NCBI RefSeq assembly: GCF_009914755.1
Contig: NC_060931.1
Length of the DNA: 64,000 nucleotides
Reading direction: 5' to 3' (one strand)
From: the human T2T-CHM13v2.0 reference genome, Homo sapiens
The stretch's first letter is position 1. The number at the start of each line of letters is the position of its first letter. A model generated the notes under the pieces. It was not told where the DNA came from. It saw only the letters and a program-made list of their open reading frames with translations, and did not search any database. The position numbers and the translations under genes are program-made. Below are positions 57,901-64,000 of the stretch, piece after piece.

Positions 57901-59084
57901 TTCCAACATCAGCCCTACTTTAGTTAATAATTAATAAATCACTGAAAATTGCATGTAAATAATTTTAGGCTTAGATTTTAGAGTGGATTGAGAAGGTTTT
58001 CCTAAAACATGTTCATGCTTCTTTTTAAGCAGAATATTACATTCCCAATTATGATGGTGCAAATTCGAATTTTTAAAAAGTGGTTTATTGCAAAGCTTTT
58101 ATAGGGAGAATTATCAGCAAATAGCCTTGATAAAATGAAAAGATCCCTAATTGTGGCAGTTGGAAGTTTTGTTGCCAGATAATAAGATAATGTGGAGCTT
58201 TGAAAACACAGACTACTCTGCTGTAATCTAGCACAGAAGGCAGATATCTCTGATTGGCAACATTTCCTTTTAGGGTTGAAATTTCAAAGGTAACACTTCA
58301 TGAGTAACTCTTTTGGATTCTTATTCTGAGAACCAACCCAATGAATGACAGTGCTGGAAAGAAAGGACTTGTATTCGTGACACCAAATCAGATGCCCAGG
58401 ACCAAAAACCCAGTCCTCTGGCTCCAATTGCCATTAGCAATGCATAACTATGCTTCCTTTGTTTTCCCTTTTTGTTACTAGCAATGGGGAGGACAAAGTT
58501 GCTGCTTTGAAATTTCTATGACTTGTGTTTTTAGAGTACCAGAAATATTAGAAAATATTTGTTTCCACTTTGATATCACTGCCATCTAAGACAAATTGAA
58601 GAAATCCATGGCTGTCAGCAAGACTTTCTGGGTAAAGTAGATTGATCAACACAGGGAAAGACAGTGTTTAGCAGAAAATTTAATATTGATCTGATCTCTA
58701 GATATGGGATGACTTTCAGAGGATGAAAACACTCAAAGAGAAATGTCAATATATTTGCATAGAAATGAAGAGATTTCACGTGTTCAAAACATAAATACAA
58801 TTAAATGCCAAACAAGAACAATATTTAGCTACCAATAGGCACAAAGGATGAAAATTTTTAATGTTTGACAAGTTTATATAATAAGAGTTACTAAATGGCA
58901 AATGATGGAAACAGATGATTCACATTAGAAGAAACACAACTGGCTAATAACTATATCAGGAAAGCACATAAAGGAGCTAATATTAATGAACTTATAAAAC
59001 AAAAATGAGAGTCTTTTTTTCTATCAAATTAGCAAAAATTTAAAATACTGGATATATACTGAACTTTTCAATGCTGACAGATTC

Positions 59085-59370
59085 TTTCAGCACAGTGAGG
59101 ACTAGGGCTCTGGAGTTAAATCATGTGTCTACAACTTGATTGTACGACCTTGGGAGAAAATTACATAACCTGTCCCTGCCTCAGTTTCTTATCTGTAAAA
59201 TGAATATAAAGAATGCCTATTTCATATTGTTATGAATAAAATTAAATGAGATAACACAAATAAAACATTTAGCATAGCTGCATAGTGCCTGGCCATAAGA
59301 CATGAAAAAAAAAAAAAAGAAAAGAAAGAAAAGAAAAAAAGATAGTTGCTGTCGGCTACTCTTACAGTTA
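59085..59370 (+). mobile_element. MIR
   Basis: GGGCTCTGGAGTTAAA...TGCCTCAGTTTCTTATCTGTAAAATG...ATTAAATGAGATAA. Confidence 0.8.
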
Positions 59371-59644
59371 TCAAACAATGCTGGTAGACCTTAATCCACA
59401 AACTGTAGCAACACTAGAAGGTGATGTGACAATACTTAATCAAAAGCCTTAAAAATATTCAAGTCTATTTCTAGGAAACTGTTAAGAAAGTTTCCTAGAA
59501 AATCACTAACATTATATGCTTAAATATTATATATAAAGATGGCCATAAAGATAAATTTCAAATAATGTAAATGTTCAACAATAGATAAATTGATTATTGG
59601 GCATATCTATAGCAGAACACAACATGGCTATTAAAATTATGTTT

Positions 59645-59930
<286 letters not shown>

Positions 59931-60364
59931 TAAAATTATGTTTTTTTTTTTAAAGAAGTTTTAATTGACATGGTGTACGTTTAAGAAACATCATTAAATT
60001 TAAAAAGCAAAATATGAAATTATATGTATATCATTTCAATATGTGAACATAGATATAATTTAAAGCCAAAAAAATAGAAAAAACTGGAAAACCACAACAT
60101 TTTAATAGCTGTTATTTCTGGGGAGTGAGATTATGAGGATTTTAAAAAATATACTTCCTTTGTCTATTTTTTTCTACAATGAACCTGTCTTACTTTTTCT
60201 ACAATTAAGATGAAATATGAATTCAGAAAAGATTTGAGAAGGCATAGTGTAACTTGTCATTTGTTCCTCATACACTGTGACGTGTTTTCCAAGATGTAGG
60301 AGAGAAAACAAGAGTAAAGAAATCTGTAGGGGACACAAATAAAAACATCTTTATATCATGATTT

Positions 60365-61324
60365 TGAGAGGTGACAAAGTGCTAGCAGCCCTCGCTCGCT
60401 ATCGGCGCCTCCTTGGCCTCAGCCTCAGCTCTGGCCACACTCAGCCCTGCAGCCCGCCACTGCGCTGTCGGGGGTCCCTCTCTGGGGCTGGCCAAGGCTC
60501 CCTCTGCTGGCCGGGAGGTGTGGAGGGAGAGGCGCGGGCCGGAGCCAGAGCCAGAGCTAGAGCCAGGGCTGCGCGCGGCGCTCGCCTGCTGGCGCGGGTT
60601 CCGGGGGGCGCCTGCTGGGCTTGATTGGAGACAATCCCGTGCGTGGACCGCCGTTCCCTCTTCGCGGGAATGTTGGCCAGGATAGCAGGTCTCCTTCTCT
60701 TTCTCGCTTCTCCTCTTTTCCTCTTGATTCTCTGGGACAAGCTCCGTCTGGGCTCCGGGAGTGCCCGGGCTAGGTGCTGCAAAGTCTCACAAGTAGTGCC
60801 AGTGAGAGGTGAAGCCAGCTGTGCTTCTGGGATGGGTGGGGACTTGGAGAACTTTTGTGTCTAGCTACAGGTTTGTAAATGCTCCCATCAGCACTCTGTG
60901 AAAATGGACCAATCAGCTCCCAGTAAGCCAATCAGCTCTCTGTAAAATGGACCAATCGGCAGAATGTGGGTGGGGCCAAATAAGGGAATAAAGTCAGGTC
61001 ACGGAGCCAGCAGCGGCAACCCGCTGGGGTCTCCGTTTCAGGCTGTGGAAGCTTTGTTGTTTCAGTCTTTGCAATAAATCTTGCTGCTGTTCACCCTTTG
61101 GGTTTGTGCGGCTTTTATGAGCTGTAACACTCCCCGAGAAGGTCTGCAGTTCCACTCCTGAAGCCAGCGAGACTGGGAACCCACTGGGAGGGAGGAACAA
61201 CTCCAGACGGGAGACACGAACAACTCTGGACGCGCCATCTTTATGAACCGTAAAAGTCACTGCGAGGGTCTGCGGCTTCATTCTTGAAGTCAGCGAGACC
61301 AAGAACCCACCAATTCCGGACACG
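60365..61324 (+). mobile_element. LTR12-family (ERV9) solo LTR with CpG-rich U3
   Basis: Starts TGAGAGGTGACAAAGTGCTAGCAG, internal TGAGAGGTGAAGCCAGCTG, three CCAAT boxes, ends AAGAACCCACCAATTCCGGACAC. Confidence 0.93.
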
Positions 61325-63814
61325 ATCTGACTTATCCTTGTATGTGCTAAACTCAGTCTCTACCCACAAGTGGATTTGTAACTGGTTAATCTGTCCATTG
61401 GGAATGTTTACTGTGGGCCTACCATGTACCAGGGACTACACCATGCTAGGAAGACCTGCATAGAGTTTACAGCTGGTGAGTATTTTGTAATTACAGATCA
61501 AAGTCTTGAGAAATGAGCTCATGCCTTCCTGGGTGTAACATTTGTAATCTACTGTAGCCAGTCTTCAATTAAAAATATTAAATGCTGTTTTTGTTCATTA
61601 GAAGGAATGTTTAAAACCAAAAGGAAAAAGCAATACTTTTCAATGTGTGTGAGATGTTGGCATGGTTAGACGTGGCTGGAGGAAATATTTAGCATAGGTC
61701 CTAAATGTTTGAGAACCCAGCGTTGCCAGCTGTGCTGCAGGTCACAGAGAATGCCATTGTTTGTTCTTGGAAACTGTTGCTTTTGTTCACCAACTCCCCC
61801 AACTTTGCCCAAGAGAACAGTCGAGCAGTTACAGCTCTCCTATACTGTTCCTTAGTAAAGTACCACTAGCCCTCTTTTGTTAGCATTTTTTCCATTTAAT
61901 GACCTTGATAAAGATAATTAAGTGATAAAAATAACTCAAGGAAAACAGATTCAAGTAAAGCCTTTTCCCAAAGGAAAATAATGAGCGCCCCTTCGTCACC
62001 TTGCCTCATAATAAGCGCACACTCACATGTATATATGTTTATATGCGTATGTGTTTATATGTATCCATATATACACACGTGATAATGCAGGTATGCTTTT
62101 TGATAGATGAAAGCCCTGAAGCACATTTAGACATTTTTGTTAAAGAAAATATGCTAGTAGCACATGAAAAATAAAATACATAAGAGTTACATAAGTTGAG
62201 GGGCCACACAAAGCTTTTCCATAAATGTTGTGATTCTAGCCACAAGTAAAAATAGATTAGAAAGATTTGTTTGAAACAACAGCTCAACTACCCACGATTC
62301 GACCACCTGCAGTTTCACCTGTTGGGAGAACAACCAGGAGCAAGAAAATAAAACACAGAACCAGACTAGCCAGACTAGACACAGGGCAAGGTATGCACCG
62401 CTGTCGTCATGGAGCAGGCCCTTGCGTAACGGGCCCCGCTCTCCCACTTGGGCTACGCACGTTCCTAACTAACAAAACACGACGCTCATCCTTCCAAGGC
62501 CTCTGCAGATTAGAAACAGAAGGAGCCCTCCCTGCTGCCTTGGTGTGTTGGTAGCAACACAAAGTAACAATGGAAAGTAAGGGGGAAAAATAAGAAAACC
62601 GTAACACGTAGAGGCAATACTTCCCAGAGCAGAGTTGCCTGGGTTCATGTACTCTAGGTACAAACAGGCCTTTAGGACCTCAGCGGACCCTGAAGACACT
62701 GCCGCGTTCAAACACTGCCCACGAATCCATTTTCACACTGTTAGTGCTAAGTTGTAATGAAACGGTTACATTTTATTCTTTACTCAGTTGAAATTAGAGT
62801 AGTGGGAAATATATTTTAGAATATTGTCCATTTGAAATATTTTAAAACAAGTGAGTTTAAAGCAGCAAACTTGTGACTCTACAAAAAAAATCTGGTTTAA
62901 AACAACAAACATTCATTTCAGGGGGTCCTAGAGAGACAGAGCTTGCGCACGCGGGCGCGCGCACACACACACGCATACCTACAGTATACACATATGCGCA
63001 CTCATACACACATTCCTATACAATAATTAGCTGAACTTCAGGAAGATGGGTTTCTTTTGTGTCTCAAACTAGGAAAAACAAAATAAACTGCTTTGCGTAA
63101 AAAAAAATTAAAGTTTGAAAATATCCACAGGGAGTAAGCAATACATTTCTTTAAACTCCAGAGATCAATGTAATTACTTTAAAAGACAGATCAATGTGAT
63201 TCAACTTTTGAATATCTAATATAAATATCACCCATTCTTTCCAGAAGAGATTCATTTTCATTACATTCTATAAAATACATTTTTCCCCTTCTGCAAAGCT
63301 GAAAGTACTTTCCAAATATCCTATTACATAGAGTTGAATCTGCCACTCTGAATTTTCTTGGGGAGATAGTAAGCTAGCAAAATTTCATCTGGAGATTTTA
63401 CAGTGAAACCTATAATCCCTGGCCTTCAAGATACAAGCTATATAGGAAGCAGAAAAAAAAAGGTTTCAGAACATCACAAACTTATGAACCAATTGTGGTT
63501 TCTGACTACTAGAAAGATTGAGAGCAATCTAAATTTAGTTATCAGAATTTTGCATAACAGTCAAGCCAAGCGCATGCTGGAAAAGCAAATTGAGTTCCCT
63601 ACTTCATCCCCACCAGTCTGATGCAGTAACACTGGAGGCTGGTGGCCTTGCCTAATTTTAATTGTCATTCCTGGTGGTAGGTGACTCACTCTTTGAGGGG
63701 CCCTGGCTATTTGAGTAGGTCTTTCCTTCTCTCTCTTAACGTCTGTTTTTTTCATCAAACACTTTGGAATTCAGATGTAAGATAGTCGCCTCTTCAAGCT
63801 TAAAATTTATCCTC

Positions 63815-64000
63815 TCCATTGGAGGTTATTATTCTAAGTGAAGTAACTCAGGAATGGAAAACCAAACATCGTATATTCTCACTTATGAGTGGGAGCTAAG
63901 TTACGAGGACACAAAGGCATAAGAATGATACAATGGACTTTGGGGGCTCGGGGAAAGGGTGGGAGAGGAGGTGAGGGGTGAGGGAAAAAAGACTACACAT
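63815..64000 (+). mobile_element. L1PB-type 3' fragment, runs off the window
   Basis: ATTATTCTAAGTGAAGTAACTCAGGAATGGAAAACCAAAC...GGCATAAGAATGATACAATGGACTTTGGGG. Confidence 0.88.

Noticed and set aside
60358-61323. ORFs and CpG-island-like composition suggesting a second gene
   Set aside because: Entirely explained by the LTR12 sequence

Overview
Human (primate) genomic DNA with no credible protein-coding exon. The main landmark is a CpG-island promoter at about 15.9-17.6 kb holding a non-coding first exon on the minus strand (about 17340 to 17103, donor CAG|GTTCGT). From memory this matches the 5' UTR exon 1 of ELMO1 (chr7p14); I could not verify that by search. If correct, 1-17102 is the start of intron 1 and 17.4-64 kb is upstream intergenic DNA. 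The rest is a layered retroelement landscape: about 20 Alus, L1/L2/MIR relics, hAT DNA transposons (MER20, MER30, MER33, MER5), an ERVL internal fragment with a decayed protease motif, a Y3 RNA retrocopy, and seven solo LTRs (MLT1A, LTR16, two THE1, MLT2A, an LTR10-like ERV1 LTR, LTR12). I found no new multi-gene system. The best leads are regulatory: an ERV1 LTR with a phased p53 half-site array pointing toward the gene; an LTR12 promoter followed by a strong splice donor and CpG-retaining unique DNA; two uORFs in exon 1; a near-consensus AluY nested in THE1 nested in L2; a 118-bp dispersed duplication of unique DNA; and several perfect palindromes carrying bZIP, NFAT or STAT/BCL6 motifs. Repeat subfamily names come from recall of consensus sequences, and boundaries of old repeats are approximate.
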